Positions 47,944 to 58,713 of a stretch of DNA of 64,000 bases are shown in pieces. Both the position numbers and the translations under genes were made by a program. Origin of the DNA: a virus; IMG/VR virus record IMGVR_UViG_3300047483_000174, positions 49,051-113,050 of that record; one strand, 5' to 3'. Position 1 is the stretch's first letter, and every line of letters begins with the position of its first letter. Below the pieces are notes generated by a model. That model worked only from the letters and a program-made list of their open reading frames with translations. It did no database searches and was not told the origin of the DNA.

Positions 47944-49521
47944 TTACATCAAACTCACTAAAATTTCAATTATTCCAAACCCAGACGCTTGGCTTCCCAA
48001 CGCTTTGCCGATTACTGTTCCAACCGCAGGAGTTGAAGATGCAGTGGCGTATCCTGCTTGATCTGATGTAACAAGCAAATCGCCTTTGTTTATTGTTCCG
48101 TAAACCTTACATGTGGCACGTCCACTCAACACGACTGATGGGTGTGTAGTTGAAGTTCCTGCGTTTGCGTTCATCAAAATTGTTTCGTTTGAACCAATAA
48201 CACCGACAACAGTTTTATCGTCTGCAATTGTAGATTGGGTAATTTCGTTTGTTCCGCCAAACACCACAACAGTTCCAACATCATATACAGCATCAGTTGC
48301 GAAACGTTCAGATATATTAGTCCCGCTCACAGAATTGCTTGCATCTGTTACCATTGTATTGGTTGGAGTATTGGTAAAGTTATTATAATCCAAGTAATAT
48401 GATGGCAGTTGCGTATCTAACAAATCAGCATTTGTCGTAGTGGTCACAGTCGATGTTGTTGCTAATCTCAGAACATTCATTACTGAATTTAGAGCTAAAG
48501 GAGAAGATAGTGTAATTGTAGAACCAGTTACAGTATATGAGATGTCTGGATTCTGAACTACTCCGTCAATATACAATAGTATATGCCAAGATTGAGAGAC
48601 GAAATATGGAAGTGTGTATATACTCGTAGAACCGTTGCCAACAAATGTATCATAATACAACTGATTTATCTTTGCCGATGTGTCCAATACTATCTCATCA
48701 CCGACAACTGATACGGTCAAATCTCCGTTTCCTCCATTTGATATATTACCAACTGAAATTGTTTTGAATGATGCCATTGTGATATTTGATGAGTCGTATA
48801 TCGCAGCGCCAGTTCCAACATTTTGAGCAACAAAATCTATGGTATAAGTTCCTAATATATCATCATAGTTTGATTCCAATGAGTATCCAGAATCAAACAG
48901 TGAATTGAAACGGTCATCTACTCTTTCGTTTGTGTAGTAAAGATTGGTGGTTCCTTCGGTAAGGTCATCTGTCGTATAGTTTGTCAATACGTTTGTGATG
49001 TCAGTTCCATCGCCTATAATACTTGTGAAGTATCCAACTGCCGGAGTAGTAGCACCTATTACCGTGTTATCTATGTTTCCAGCACGAATATCAACTAAGC
49101 CATCGCCTGTGTTGTCTATGATGACTACACCATTTTGCGATGTTACATTACCAGAGATAGTTGCAAATACCACATTTGCATTTATGTTACCAGTAGTATG
49201 AAAGTCTTTATCGTCAAGAGTCCAGTAATCTTCTGTTTCATTCCAGAAGAGTCTGGCCCAAGTAAGATCGCCACGGTTTACTTCAATACCAACATCTTCT
49301 GTTGGTATTCCTTCAAAATCTGCATTTAGAGTTATGAATGGGTCCGCAAAAACCGTTTGTATTGAATTTACAGTGGTTGTGTTTCCTTCAACCTTTAAGT
49401 TTCCTCTTATAATAAGAGTTCCATTTCTTGATTCGATAACGGCATCATTGTCTCCATTGTCAAATGAGACGGTTTCACCACGTAAGAATAGACGATCACC
49501 AAATTTTATTTGTTCTGACAT
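47944..49521 (-). CDS. Fibre/structural protein with chaperone-like C-terminus
   Basis: GIEVNRG, TTDDLTEGTTNLYY and ERFATDAVYDVGTVVVFGG modules shared with the 936-aa protein. Confidence 0.7.
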   Translation of the reverse strand: MSEQIKFGDRLFLRGETVSFDNGDNDAVIESRNGTLIIRGNLKVEGNTTTVNSIQTVFADPFITLNADFEGIPTEDVGIEVNRGDLTWARLFWNETEDYWTLDDKDFHTTGNINANVVFATISGNVTSQNGVVIIDNTGDGLVDIRAGNIDNTVIGATTPAVGYFTSIIGDGTDITNVLTNYTTDDLTEGTTNLYYTNERVDDRFNSLFDSGYSLESNYDDILGTYTIDFVAQNVGTGAAIYDSSNITMASFKTISVGNISNGGNGDLTVSVVGDEIVLDTSAKINQLYYDTFVGNGSTSIYTLPYFVSQSWHILLYIDGVVQNPDISYTVTGSTITLSSPLALNSVMNVLRLATTSTVTTTTNADLLDTQLPSYYLDYNNFTNTPTNTMVTDASNSVSGTNISERFATDAVYDVGTVVVFGGTNEITQSTIADDKTVVGVIGSNETILMNANAGTSTTHPSVVLSGRATCKVYGTINKGDLLVTSDQAGYATASSTPAVGTVIGKALGSQASGFGIIEILVSLM

Positions 49522-49581
49522 TTTTTCATCCCAGTTATAGCTTGTTATATAGTCTATTTATCTGATTGGATGCCTTTGAAT

Positions 49582-49612
49582 AAAAGAAAACCCAGTGCTT
49601 TCGCACTGGGTT
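49582..49612 (-). terminator. Terminator after the major capsid gene
   Basis: AACCCAGTGC-GAAA-GCACTGGGTT stem with U-tract on the minus strand. Confidence 0.9.
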
Positions 49613-49637
49613 GACTTTGTTTCCACGTTCGTATATA

Positions 49638-50795
49638 TTATACGAATGATAGGTTTGCAACGTTGATCTTTGATAGATAGTCTGCTGCGTTACCTAGAGA
49701 TGAAGCGGTGTTGGTTAGTTCAACATATCCGTAACGAGTCATGAAGGACACGACTGGTTCGAAGGTTGATGGGTCAACCACAACGCCTGATGACATTAGA
49801 GGAACGTATGGGCAGTAGAACGCTGCTGCGTCGATCTCGCCCTGACCCTTGTAACCTAGTAGAACTGGTGCGGTGTCTGATGCGTAGGTGTTGACGTAAA
49901 CGCGCATTGTGCCGTTTAGAGTTCCAACAAACTTGGTGTTGGTTGGTGCTTCAAATGTGCCTTCGGTTGTACGAGCGAATGCTGAAGTGGTAGCTGACTG
50001 TAGAACAGTTAGTGCTGCTGGTGAGATAACTGCCCAGTTAGCTGCGCCACGACGAGTGCGCTGTGCAACTAGGTTTGCTTGCTGGTTGATTAGTGTTGCT
50101 AGAACAGCGTGACGATCACCAACGAAGTGTGGGGTGCCTGTGAAGGTGCCGTTCATGTCGTAGGTTGCGCCTAGTGTTGCTAGGTTGGTTAGTGAGCCAA
50201 GGATTTCCTGGTCGATTTCAGCGGTGATTTCCATCGCTAGAGCCGCCATGATTTCTGCTTCGATGTCTAGACCGTGCATTGCGTTAGCATCTTGTGCTGC
50301 TTCAAAAGTCCAACGTGCTGATAGCTTACGTGTTTTAGCTTCAACAGTTTGCTTTAGGACTTGAATTGACATACGGTTACCAGCTACACCTTCTAGGTTT
50401 GCAGTTGGTAGAGGTGCGGTTGTGCCGTTACCTGAGTATGCAGTTGCAATGTTGAATGGTGATAGTGCTTCTGAACCAGCGGTTGTAGCACCAGCGTTGT
50501 CTGCGTAACGAACACGTAGAGTGTGGATTTGGCCTACTGGACCAGTCATTGGCTGAACGCCGATGATTTCGTTAGCAATAACGGTTGGCATAACACGGCG
50601 AATAACTGGTAGAATTACTTTGTTTAGAGTAGCAATGTTACCTGCCTGAGTTGCACCTGCGGTTGCACTTTCATTTAGTGCTTTCTTTGTGTTTTCTAGA
50701 ACTGATGACATTACATCGCGCTTGGTTCCGACTAGACCTTCTAGTAGTGCTTCGCGTGTCGCGTTCCAGTTTTTACCTTCAAAAAGATTTTCCAT
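49638..50795 (-). CDS. gp23: Major capsid protein (gp23-like)
   Basis: IIGVQPMTGPVGQIHTLR, VEAKTRKLSARWTFEAAQD, FYCPYVPL, MTRYG. Confidence 0.97.
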   Translation of the reverse strand: MENLFEGKNWNATREALLEGLVGTKRDVMSSVLENTKKALNESATAGATQAGNIATLNKVILPVIRRVMPTVIANEIIGVQPMTGPVGQIHTLRVRYADNAGATTAGSEALSPFNIATAYSGNGTTAPLPTANLEGVAGNRMSIQVLKQTVEAKTRKLSARWTFEAAQDANAMHGLDIEAEIMAALAMEITAEIDQEILGSLTNLATLGATYDMNGTFTGTPHFVGDRHAVLATLINQQANLVAQRTRRGAANWAVISPAALTVLQSATTSAFARTTEGTFEAPTNTKFVGTLNGTMRVYVNTYASDTAPVLLGYKGQGEIDAAAFYCPYVPLMSSGVVVDPSTFEPVVSFMTRYGYVELTNTASSLGNAADYLSKINVANLSFV

Positions 50796-50822
50796 CTTTA
50801 AGTTCTCCTGTATCTGGTTAAA

Positions 50823-51932
50823 TTATTTCAATCCTGCCAATTTCTTTAGCACGACAATATCGGCATCGCCGTTCTGACTTGATTGTGTTTCCACAATACG
50901 GTCGCCAGTACGTTCTGTAACTTTGCCTTCAGTTAGTTTTTGTTTTGTTTCTGCTCTCGCAGTAACATTTTCGTTCAAAACTGCTGGTAGATATTTCTTA
51001 AAAGCAGTTTTTAGATTTGCTGTCTTTACTGATTCAAGAAGATCAGTCATTACACGGCGCTTTTCACCTGAAAGTGGTGATAGTAGACTTTCCATAACCG
51101 CTTTACGGTTAGCACGGTCTTCCATGATACGCACTTTCTTGTTTGCCGCCGCGATTGCCGCTTCTTTCTCAGCAATCATCGCTTTCAGCGTTGCAACTTC
51201 GTTAGCATTTTCGTTTAGCTTCTTATTCATTTTAGAAACTTCAGTTCCTTCATTTAGCTGTGAAGCCATGAATTCACCAGCAAATGCTTCAAATAGACGA
51301 CGACCAAAATCATTTTCTTTGGCCTGTTTGATGTCTTCTTTCAAAACATTTAGTTCTGAACGTAGAGTTTTGTTGATTGATTTTTCAACTAGCTCTGCTG
51401 AACGTTTGATAAATGATTGCTTAGTTTTATTAAGCAATTCTTTACCTTCTGCTATCATACGCACCTTGGTTTCTACCAATTCGCGCTTGTCATTGTGGAA
51501 CTCTGCTAGTTCGCGTGAAAGCTGTTTTGTTACGAATAGCTTGGTTGTTTCCAAGTGTTCGTTCATCTTCGCACGGTCAACACGTAGTTCCTTGACCTCG
51601 TTTGCAAGCTGAGAAGTAATGAATTTTTCAAGAAGTTTAGCGTGTTCAGCAATTGCCTTTTTATAGGCAACACGTTCTGAGATTAGAGACGCACGGTCTG
51701 CTTGGAACTCTTCAATTTCTTTGCGAATTGCCGATTCAATGGTGTGACCCATAGCTTCTACAATTACGCTCTTGTCGTGTTCAAACTTCTGTGCAAACTC
51801 TTCACGCAGTTCTGCTGTGACTTCTTCTCTCGCTTCATTTAGTTTTGCTTCCCAAGCCTCTTTAATTTGCATACTAACTTCTTCGGTTAGAACGCCTGAC
51901 TCAAAAAGACCAGCAAGGATATCGTTTGCCAT
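50823..51932 (-). CDS. gp22: Prohead core scaffolding protein (gp22-like)
   Basis: Coiled-coil protein between protease and capsid; IKEAWEAKLNEARE, GRRLFEAFAGEF. Confidence 0.85.
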   Translation of the reverse strand: MANDILAGLFESGVLTEEVSMQIKEAWEAKLNEAREEVTAELREEFAQKFEHDKSVIVEAMGHTIESAIRKEIEEFQADRASLISERVAYKKAIAEHAKLLEKFITSQLANEVKELRVDRAKMNEHLETTKLFVTKQLSRELAEFHNDKRELVETKVRMIAEGKELLNKTKQSFIKRSAELVEKSINKTLRSELNVLKEDIKQAKENDFGRRLFEAFAGEFMASQLNEGTEVSKMNKKLNENANEVATLKAMIAEKEAAIAAANKKVRIMEDRANRKAVMESLLSPLSGEKRRVMTDLLESVKTANLKTAFKKYLPAVLNENVTARAETKQKLTEGKVTERTGDRIVETQSSQNGDADIVVLKKLAGLK

Positions 51933-51946
51933 TGTTGGTTCTCCTG

Positions 51947-52576
51947 TTAAAGTTTCAGTTCACGAATGAACTTTACTATTTGTTCTGACAAATACTTTTG
52001 CGCAGTCTTGTCATGTTGAACATCATGTGCCAGTTGCCAAGTTTGATAACCGCCACGCATATTCATTAGCCCTTCATATATCGCTTTTGGATAAGCATTA
52101 GGAGCACTAGGTTGTGCAACAATGTCTACCGTAACGATTTCAAAATTGCTTACATTACCGTTACCATCAACTTCACCCGAACCACGAGATGAAACACCAA
52201 GTGTTGCGCCAGACTCAATCAATGTTCTGATAATGTTTCCCATTGGAGTGGGAACAATTTTTAGTTTTCCAAAACCATTTGGTCCGTCCATCCACATATT
52301 CTCAATAATGTGAGAAACGCGGTCAACGTTCACTGTTAGTTCTGGTGGATGGTCGCACTCTCCAAGAACTGGAAAACCTTCAGATATTTTTTGCTGAACG
52401 CTTTCCACTGCTCTTGAAATTTCGGAGACCGGATATACTCTTTGGTTGGCATTCTTCACGCCACCTTGCACAAAGATACCTTCCATGAACATCGTTTTAT
52501 GTCCATTTTCACCCTCGACAATACGTGACTTGACGTTTGCTTGGTTATGAGATAGTCTTTCTATAAGAATGGCCAT
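51947..52576 (-). CDS. gp21: Prohead protease (gp21-like)
   Basis: EGIFVQGGVKNANQRVYP, LGECDHP, LGVSSRGSG, DIVAQPSAPNA. Confidence 0.95.
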   Translation of the reverse strand: MAILIERLSHNQANVKSRIVEGENGHKTMFMEGIFVQGGVKNANQRVYPVSEISRAVESVQQKISEGFPVLGECDHPPELTVNVDRVSHIIENMWMDGPNGFGKLKIVPTPMGNIIRTLIESGATLGVSSRGSGEVDGNGNVSNFEIVTVDIVAQPSAPNAYPKAIYEGLMNMRGGYQTWQLAHDVQHDKTAQKYLSEQIVKFIRELKL

Positions 52577-52596
52577 GATTTTTTCCCCTCAAAAAA

Positions 52597-53445
52597 TTAT
52601 AGTAGTGACTTCTTGTTTACACCGTTATCACCTGGCTTTGCGGTTTGACCCTTCCAAGCTGGTGATTTTTTGTTACCAGAAACGTTTACGTTCTTGGTTG
52701 ACATGTCTTTTGGTGCTTCACCCTTGCCACCAGATGTGTTACCATCTTTGACACGAACTGGTGCTGCATTTGAATCATCACCTGGGCGCTTTGGATTTGC
52801 GTTTACAGTTGTCTTGTTTTGAATGCCATTGTCACCAACTTTTGCAGTTTGTGGAGTTACATATTCAACAAGGTCATCATCCTCAGATTCATCTAGGTCA
52901 AGGTCGAATGATTCTTTGAAATCATCTTCTTCTTCACCTTCTTCATCTTCGTCTTCCATACCGTAGTCGTCATCTTCGCCTTCATCTTCACCTTCGAAGC
53001 CGTATTCCTCTTCGCCTTCGCCTTCTTCTTCACCTTCTTCACCAGACATAATTTTTTCAAATTCTGCTTCTAGTTGTGCAAGTGCAGATTCTAGGTCATC
53101 AACACGAGATTCAACATCGCCTTCGCCTTCATCTTCGAACTCGCCGCCCATATCATCACCCATCTCTAGGTCGTCAACGGCTGCATCATCACCCATTTCG
53201 TCTTCGTCATAGAATTCTTCTGTGTCGATTTCGTCTGAGTCATCTTCAAGGTCGTCAGCATAATCTTCTTCTGACTCATCTAAATCCTCTAGGTCTTCTT
53301 CTACAACTTCATCACTTTCGCTTAGAAGTTCTTCGTGGATTTGACGAGCGTTTTCAACGATAAAATCATGTAGCAGTTCTTCTGCTGCTTCACGCTCTTC
53401 ATTGATAAGAAGTTCTAACACTTGTTCTAGCGTACTTCTTGACAT
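52597..53445 (-). CDS. Highly acidic prohead-core-associated protein
   Basis: Long D/E tracts; position upstream of the protease as for T4 gp67/gp68. Confidence 0.65.
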   Translation of the reverse strand: MSRSTLEQVLELLINEEREAAEELLHDFIVENARQIHEELLSESDEVVEEDLEDLDESEEDYADDLEDDSDEIDTEEFYDEDEMGDDAAVDDLEMGDDMGGEFEDEGEGDVESRVDDLESALAQLEAEFEKIMSGEEGEEEGEGEEEYGFEGEDEGEDDDYGMEDEDEEGEEEDDFKESFDLDLDESEDDDLVEYVTPQTAKVGDNGIQNKTTVNANPKRPGDDSNAAPVRVKDGNTSGGKGEAPKDMSTKNVNVSGNKKSPAWKGQTAKPGDNGVNKKSLL

Positions 53446-53630
53446 TATATAGTCTCCTTATCTTTTAAAAGCCACAAAGTGTGGCAAAGTTATAGAACAC
53501 TTCCTGTTCTAAATATATTTACTCATTGTGGGGGAATATATGTGTATAATACGCAAAAAACGGCACTTTTTCTTTGAAAAATGCCGTAGAGATATTTAGA
53601 TACTAGTCCAAAAAAATAAACTTCGGAGTT

Positions 53631-53882
53631 TTATGCTCCGAAGTCCATTCCGTCCATTGGTGGCATTCCGCCTTCTTCACCGCCAGCGGCAGCTTGTCCA
53701 CCATACATTCTCTTTACTAACTCTCCACGTGTCTTGTCCTGATACTTTCTGTATTCACGCATTCTACGTAGCTTTGCCAAATGTGCAAGAGTGAGACGAG
53801 CCTTTCGGGTGTCGCCCACTTTCTTTGCGTTCTGTTTATCTGCCTCTGGTGAGTAGTTCTCACTAATTTGTTTGTATCTCAT
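53631..53882 (-). CDS. Small basic hypothetical protein
   Basis: 83 aa, TRKARLTLAHLAKLRRMRE; directly after portal; late promoter ATAAATA 53894-53888. Confidence 0.7.
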   Translation of the reverse strand: MRYKQISENYSPEADKQNAKKVGDTRKARLTLAHLAKLRRMREYRKYQDKTRGELVKRMYGGQAAAGGEEGGMPPMDGMDFGA

Positions 53883-53890
53883 ATAACTAT

Positions 53891-55612
53891 TTATACTTTC
53901 GTTATATCTTCTTCACCTTCTTCTGGTGCGTTTTCGGCCCCAGATATTGGCGAACCTTCTTCTTGGTCGGGTTCTTCATTTTCAAAATCGAACTCATCAC
54001 CTCCACCAAAATCTGGTGCTGGTGGCGGTGCAGCGCCCATACTCTGTAGTTCATCTTCAGATGCTTGTGTTGGGTCATTTACGTCATGTTCTTCTCGCCA
54101 CATACGTTCGTTTTCTAGAATCTCATCTTCTGTCATCCCAAGGAAACGCTTCATAGCAAAACGCTTACTGATATATTCAACATCTGCAATTGAAGTAAAG
54201 ACTTGCATCATTACGCTATCAACTTCTGCCTGACGGAACTTTCCAAAGTGCTGTGGCGGATTGAATTTTATGTCAAACATAGAACTTTCAACTTCAATGC
54301 CACGGTGCTTCAAGAACATCTTGAACTCTCTATCAAGTTCTTCTGCAATAAGTGATTGCAATCTTTCGCAGAACTTGGTAAATCTAAATTCTTGAATCAT
54401 TGCAGTTCCGACACGGCCATCAGAATAAGATGAACCAGCATCCGCATCACTTGTTCCCATATAGCTCGGCGGAACTCTCAATCCACGGAATAGTTTGTTA
54501 TTGAAGAAACGCAAATCGTCAATCTGTCCTAAATTTTCACCACCAGGAAGTGTTTCTACCTTGGAACCACGCCCTTCTGATGTTTGAGCAAAAAAGTAAT
54601 CTTCCATAATTGAAAGTGGGTTATACGCACTATCAGTAATGTTCTGACCACCACCAGTTTTTGATGGTATTCTGCGCTGGTGAATTTCATTCTTGATGCG
54701 TTCCAAATGAGCACGAGCCTTGTGAGTTGGCATGTTTCCAACATCAATATAGAACACTCTGCGTTCTGGAGCACGCTGAACACGATAGATTAGAATAGCA
54801 TCTTCAAGAAGTTCTTTTTGCTTGTATACCTTGAATACTGGTTCAAGAATACTTGTTCCAAATGGCCAATAGTTATCAATACCTTCGCTTAGAGAGATAT
54901 GAACAATGTGGGCTGCATCTATTGGCATAGACTGTTGTTCGTTTGAATATCTTGAACCACCAGAACCTATTGGCATAACCGATGTTGCGCCCGCTGCACT
55001 GGCATTGATAGATGGAATACCAACCGAATAGCCTGTAGGAAGATTTTGCATCTTCTCTTGCGGTGCGGCAACCGACATAGATTCAACATTCAAATCAATG
55101 TCCTTGATGAAATACACTTCTGGTTTTTTACCCTTGCCTTCGTTTACAAGAACCTTTTCAACTTTGGCAGGGTCAACCCAATATAGCTTATATGTTTCTG
55201 GGTCACGAACAAATACTTGATCCCCGTATTTGATTGCGTTTCTGAATATACGAAATGCTCTTTTCTTCAAGTCATTTATATTGACCCATTGACGTAATGA
55301 TTTTTGAAGAACTTCACTTTCAGATTCAGATGGGTCTTCGTTCCATTCAATCATGAATGGAATGTTGGTATTTTCGTCTTTGAGAGTTGAGAACTCGGCA
55401 ATGACATCAAGGGCAGCATTTACTTCGCTGTCCAAATCCATTTGGTCATATTGTCCATAACGCTGAACTCTGTTTGGTTGTCCTTGATAAACTTCTGGCA
55501 ACCAACTTGAATACTTCTTATTTGAAGCATCACCAGCATTATAAGACGCCGATCTTTCTGTAACTCTATCAGACCCCGTATAAGGTTTGAAGTATTTTTT
55601 CCAAGTCGCCAT
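53891..55612 (-). CDS. gp20: Portal protein (gp20-like)
   Basis: LLEDAILIYRVQRAPERRVFYIDVGNMP, MEDYFF, GSKVETLPGG, LRVPPSY. Confidence 0.97.
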   Translation of the reverse strand: MATWKKYFKPYTGSDRVTERSASYNAGDASNKKYSSWLPEVYQGQPNRVQRYGQYDQMDLDSEVNAALDVIAEFSTLKDENTNIPFMIEWNEDPSESESEVLQKSLRQWVNINDLKKRAFRIFRNAIKYGDQVFVRDPETYKLYWVDPAKVEKVLVNEGKGKKPEVYFIKDIDLNVESMSVAAPQEKMQNLPTGYSVGIPSINASAAGATSVMPIGSGGSRYSNEQQSMPIDAAHIVHISLSEGIDNYWPFGTSILEPVFKVYKQKELLEDAILIYRVQRAPERRVFYIDVGNMPTHKARAHLERIKNEIHQRRIPSKTGGGQNITDSAYNPLSIMEDYFFAQTSEGRGSKVETLPGGENLGQIDDLRFFNNKLFRGLRVPPSYMGTSDADAGSSYSDGRVGTAMIQEFRFTKFCERLQSLIAEELDREFKMFLKHRGIEVESSMFDIKFNPPQHFGKFRQAEVDSVMMQVFTSIADVEYISKRFAMKRFLGMTEDEILENERMWREEHDVNDPTQASEDELQSMGAAPPPAPDFGGGDEFDFENEEPDQEEGSPISGAENAPEEGEEDITKV

Positions 55613-55667
55613 ATATATTTTCCTCTAATCTCTTATTATATCATTATTTTAGTTATTTGTAAATAGT

Positions 55668-58619
55668 TTATTGCAATGCGCCAATCAATTGGTCTAACTT
55701 TGCAGTGAGTATACGTATATCTTCTGAACCAGTTTTCTGTTCTAATTGTGGTTTATTAGCTGCTACACTCTCACTAAGTTGCTGTAAAATCTGAAGCATC
55801 TGTCGTTTTGATTCTTCGCTATCACCAAGACTTTTTTGAAGATCATCAAAATAGGCAGAAAACTGTTCATCGGTCGCATTGATACCCGTATCATTGAAAC
55901 CAACAATGTTACTTACGCCAGTATATACTTGCTGCATTTGCTCTGTATTTTGCTGACCAGGAATCATCATTCCTTGAACGAATGATCTTTCTGCAAGTTT
56001 TTGCTCAGATACAGACAAAACAGGAACTTCAGATGGTGATTGAAGAGATTCAACTGTAATTCCTGGTAGGTCGGAAAGAAGTGCTTCTCTTAGACTATCG
56101 GCATTTCCTCCAAGGAGATTTATAAAATCTTGATTTGTAAACATCTCGTCAATGATTTTTTTCATCTCATCAGACGTTATACCAGTTTCTCTCATATTAT
56201 TAACTGCTTCTTGAGCAAGCATAGTTGCTTTTATTTCGTCAGAAACATCGCTCATATCGTTTACAGCGGGTATCACTTCGCTGAGACGTTCTTGTATAGC
56301 AATTGGTGCTATTTCTTTTATAGCTGCTGTTGCCTGTTCTTGGTCGAGTCGGGCAGAAGTATTGGTTCCGTTTTCAGATTCAATCTTTGCATTGCGATAA
56401 GACTCGTAGTATCTTTCTCTCATTAGTCTATTCATACGAGTTTCAATATTGTCAGTGGCAGCTTCTAATCCACTTGTTATAATCTTAGATTGTTCTTCTA
56501 TGATATATGTATCAATTGCGTTCTGTTCCAATGGGTCAGTCATTTGAGAACGTAATGCTTCAAGCTCTGCTATTCGTTGCCTTGCTTCTTCTACGTTGCC
56601 AGCCCAAGTAAAGTTATTCCACGTTGAGTACTCTGTGTCTTCCACTGCGGATTCTACCTTTTTAATTTGTTCTGGGTTCATATTGGCATAGATGTCTTGT
56701 CTTTTTACCCGTTGTTGTTCCTGAATTACTTCGGATGTATCGGCCAATTCTCTGTAGTCACCAGCCATATGATGGTCTGGAAACAAGTCTGCTACTCCCT
56801 GTGCGAACACATTTATTGTTCCCATTAACATTTCATTTGCGGTAGCGCCCATACTAACAAGGCTTGCTAAAAATCCATCTGCCTTTGTTGCTAACGTGTC
56901 AATTACATCAATTTGACCTTCTATTATACCGGTCTGTGCATTTAAAATTCTACTAAGTTCACGTGTGTTATCCAATGTTTTTAATACACTCGCGTTTAAG
57001 TTATCAAGGGCAACGCCTCTACGTCTTTCCGCATCTTGGCGGCGGCGTTCCGCTCTGTCCACTTCTGGAGCAGATATTTTATTAACAGCATCCTGTGCGG
57101 TTTGTGCCATTCTACCAAGACCAGCAACAATTGAAGAAACTTCTGCATCACCACTGGCAACAAGTTGTGCAACAAGAGGGTCATTTGCGACTGTATCTGC
57201 CATCTGCTTGGTATAACGAGCAACAAGTTCGTCTGTTCCCCTCCCAGCACGTAATTCCATCATCATTTGTTCAGCAATCGCCCTTACACCAGACAATGCT
57301 GGATTGTTAAGTGCTGCAAACTCTTGAGTCAACATAAATCTATTTGGGTCAATCGCACCTTTCGCAATAATCTCTCCAAGTGGACCCATTTTAGCCATAG
57401 CACCAATTTCATTTATAACTTCTTGTGAAAGTTGCATTGAATTTGTCATAAGCATTGCAGATATATCATCTCTACCAAGGTAATCTCGTATCATTTTTGC
57501 AGATTCTTCAAGTGAAGTTTTGAGAACCATCGATACACCCTCAACAGCATCCATAAATGATTTCATACCTCTATCTCGTTCTGAGGCAGAGATTTGTTCT
57601 AGTAATCCAGTTCTTTGAAGTGTGTCGAGATATGTTCCCGAAATCTTAGCGACTTGCGAGAAATTCACACCATATCTATCCATTATGTCTGTTGCATAGG
57701 CTACTTTATTGACAAACTCCAATGCGGCATTAGTTCCAGTGACACCAACAGCATTTGAAAATTCTCTTACAAATTGTGTTGCCTCAACGATAGTCATACC
57801 ATTATCGCTAAAGGCTTTAGTGGTATCAACAAAAGATGCACCCAAATCTTCGATGAGTCCACTTTGTCTTAGTTCGGTGGTTATTTCAAAACGGTCTTTG
57901 ACTTGTTGCATCATCATCTCAAATGGAACTTGAGATGCAGCATAAGCTGCACTAGCTGCGCCAAACGCTTTTTTAGCAACTCCCATAGGACCAGAGCCTA
58001 ATCCGATAGAATCAAGAAGTCCACTTAACATATCATCGCCCTTGACTGGTGCATTGACTCCCAAATTATTCTTAATATCTTTTAGATTTGCAACTATGTC
58101 TTTAGTATTAAATCCTTTTGTTACCTCGTCTCCGAAATCTTTAAAAAACTCTTTCATAGCTTTAGCCTGTGACATAATACTTCTATTATTTTGTTTCAAC
58201 AAGTCTTCAACATATTTTTTAATATTTGGTTCTAATTTTTGTAATCCAGAAACAGCTTGTGTAACCTCGTCTTGTTGTAACGATGGAGGTGGAGTTGCAT
58301 CTGTTGACTTTTTATTTTTTAAGTATGACAAGGATTTTATAATATCGGTATGAGTTTGTTGCAAAATACCTATAATCTTTTTAAATTCTTTTGCAGCCTC
58401 GGAATTCCCAGATGATATAGAACTAACATTAGACAAAAGCGTATTCATATTCCCAATAAGTTTTGCAGTATTAGAATCGCCACTTTTTATTGCATTTGCT
58501 ATATTATTATCACCATTTTTTATGGCGTTCAAAATACCCTGTTGCGTTGTTTCAGACGCCCAAGATGGTAAATCAGTTCCTGTAATATGAACGTTTTGTT
58601 GATTTGGATCAGTTGCCAT
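55668..58619 (-). CDS. Tape-measure-like protein
   Basis: 983 aa, helical Ala/Met/Gln-rich; LPSWASETT N-terminus; divergent from the tail chaperone gene. Confidence 0.6.
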   Translation of the reverse strand: MATDPNQQNVHITGTDLPSWASETTQQGILNAIKNGDNNIANAIKSGDSNTAKLIGNMNTLLSNVSSISSGNSEAAKEFKKIIGILQQTHTDIIKSLSYLKNKKSTDATPPPSLQQDEVTQAVSGLQKLEPNIKKYVEDLLKQNNRSIMSQAKAMKEFFKDFGDEVTKGFNTKDIVANLKDIKNNLGVNAPVKGDDMLSGLLDSIGLGSGPMGVAKKAFGAASAAYAASQVPFEMMMQQVKDRFEITTELRQSGLIEDLGASFVDTTKAFSDNGMTIVEATQFVREFSNAVGVTGTNAALEFVNKVAYATDIMDRYGVNFSQVAKISGTYLDTLQRTGLLEQISASERDRGMKSFMDAVEGVSMVLKTSLEESAKMIRDYLGRDDISAMLMTNSMQLSQEVINEIGAMAKMGPLGEIIAKGAIDPNRFMLTQEFAALNNPALSGVRAIAEQMMMELRAGRGTDELVARYTKQMADTVANDPLVAQLVASGDAEVSSIVAGLGRMAQTAQDAVNKISAPEVDRAERRRQDAERRRGVALDNLNASVLKTLDNTRELSRILNAQTGIIEGQIDVIDTLATKADGFLASLVSMGATANEMLMGTINVFAQGVADLFPDHHMAGDYRELADTSEVIQEQQRVKRQDIYANMNPEQIKKVESAVEDTEYSTWNNFTWAGNVEEARQRIAELEALRSQMTDPLEQNAIDTYIIEEQSKIITSGLEAATDNIETRMNRLMRERYYESYRNAKIESENGTNTSARLDQEQATAAIKEIAPIAIQERLSEVIPAVNDMSDVSDEIKATMLAQEAVNNMRETGITSDEMKKIIDEMFTNQDFINLLGGNADSLREALLSDLPGITVESLQSPSEVPVLSVSEQKLAERSFVQGMMIPGQQNTEQMQQVYTGVSNIVGFNDTGINATDEQFSAYFDDLQKSLGDSEESKRQMLQILQQLSESVAANKPQLEQKTGSEDIRILTAKLDQLIGALQ

Positions 58620-58656
58620 AAATTTTCACCTTGACTTTTATTATTATTTTGTGTAT

Positions 58657-58696
58657 TATAAATACAACCATAAATATAACTCGTTAGTGTATTTAT
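58657..58696. promoter_or_regulatory. Divergent T4-type late promoters (TATAAATA plus at 58657-58664; ATAAATA minus at 58696-58690)
   Basis: The same ATAAATA core precedes many structural genes (minus-strand copies at 12001, 15310, 18526, 21121, 25276, 34832, 37985, 43358, 44549, 49555, 53888; plus at 27319). Confidence 0.8.
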
Positions 58697-58713
58697 CAAA
58701 GGTAAAAGATACG

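Noticed and set aside
50923-51612. 229-aa plus-strand ORF opposite the scaffold gene (also 12656..13216, 53868..54233 and similar)
   Set aside because: Antisense shadows of strongly codon-biased genes; no RBS or recognisable motifs.
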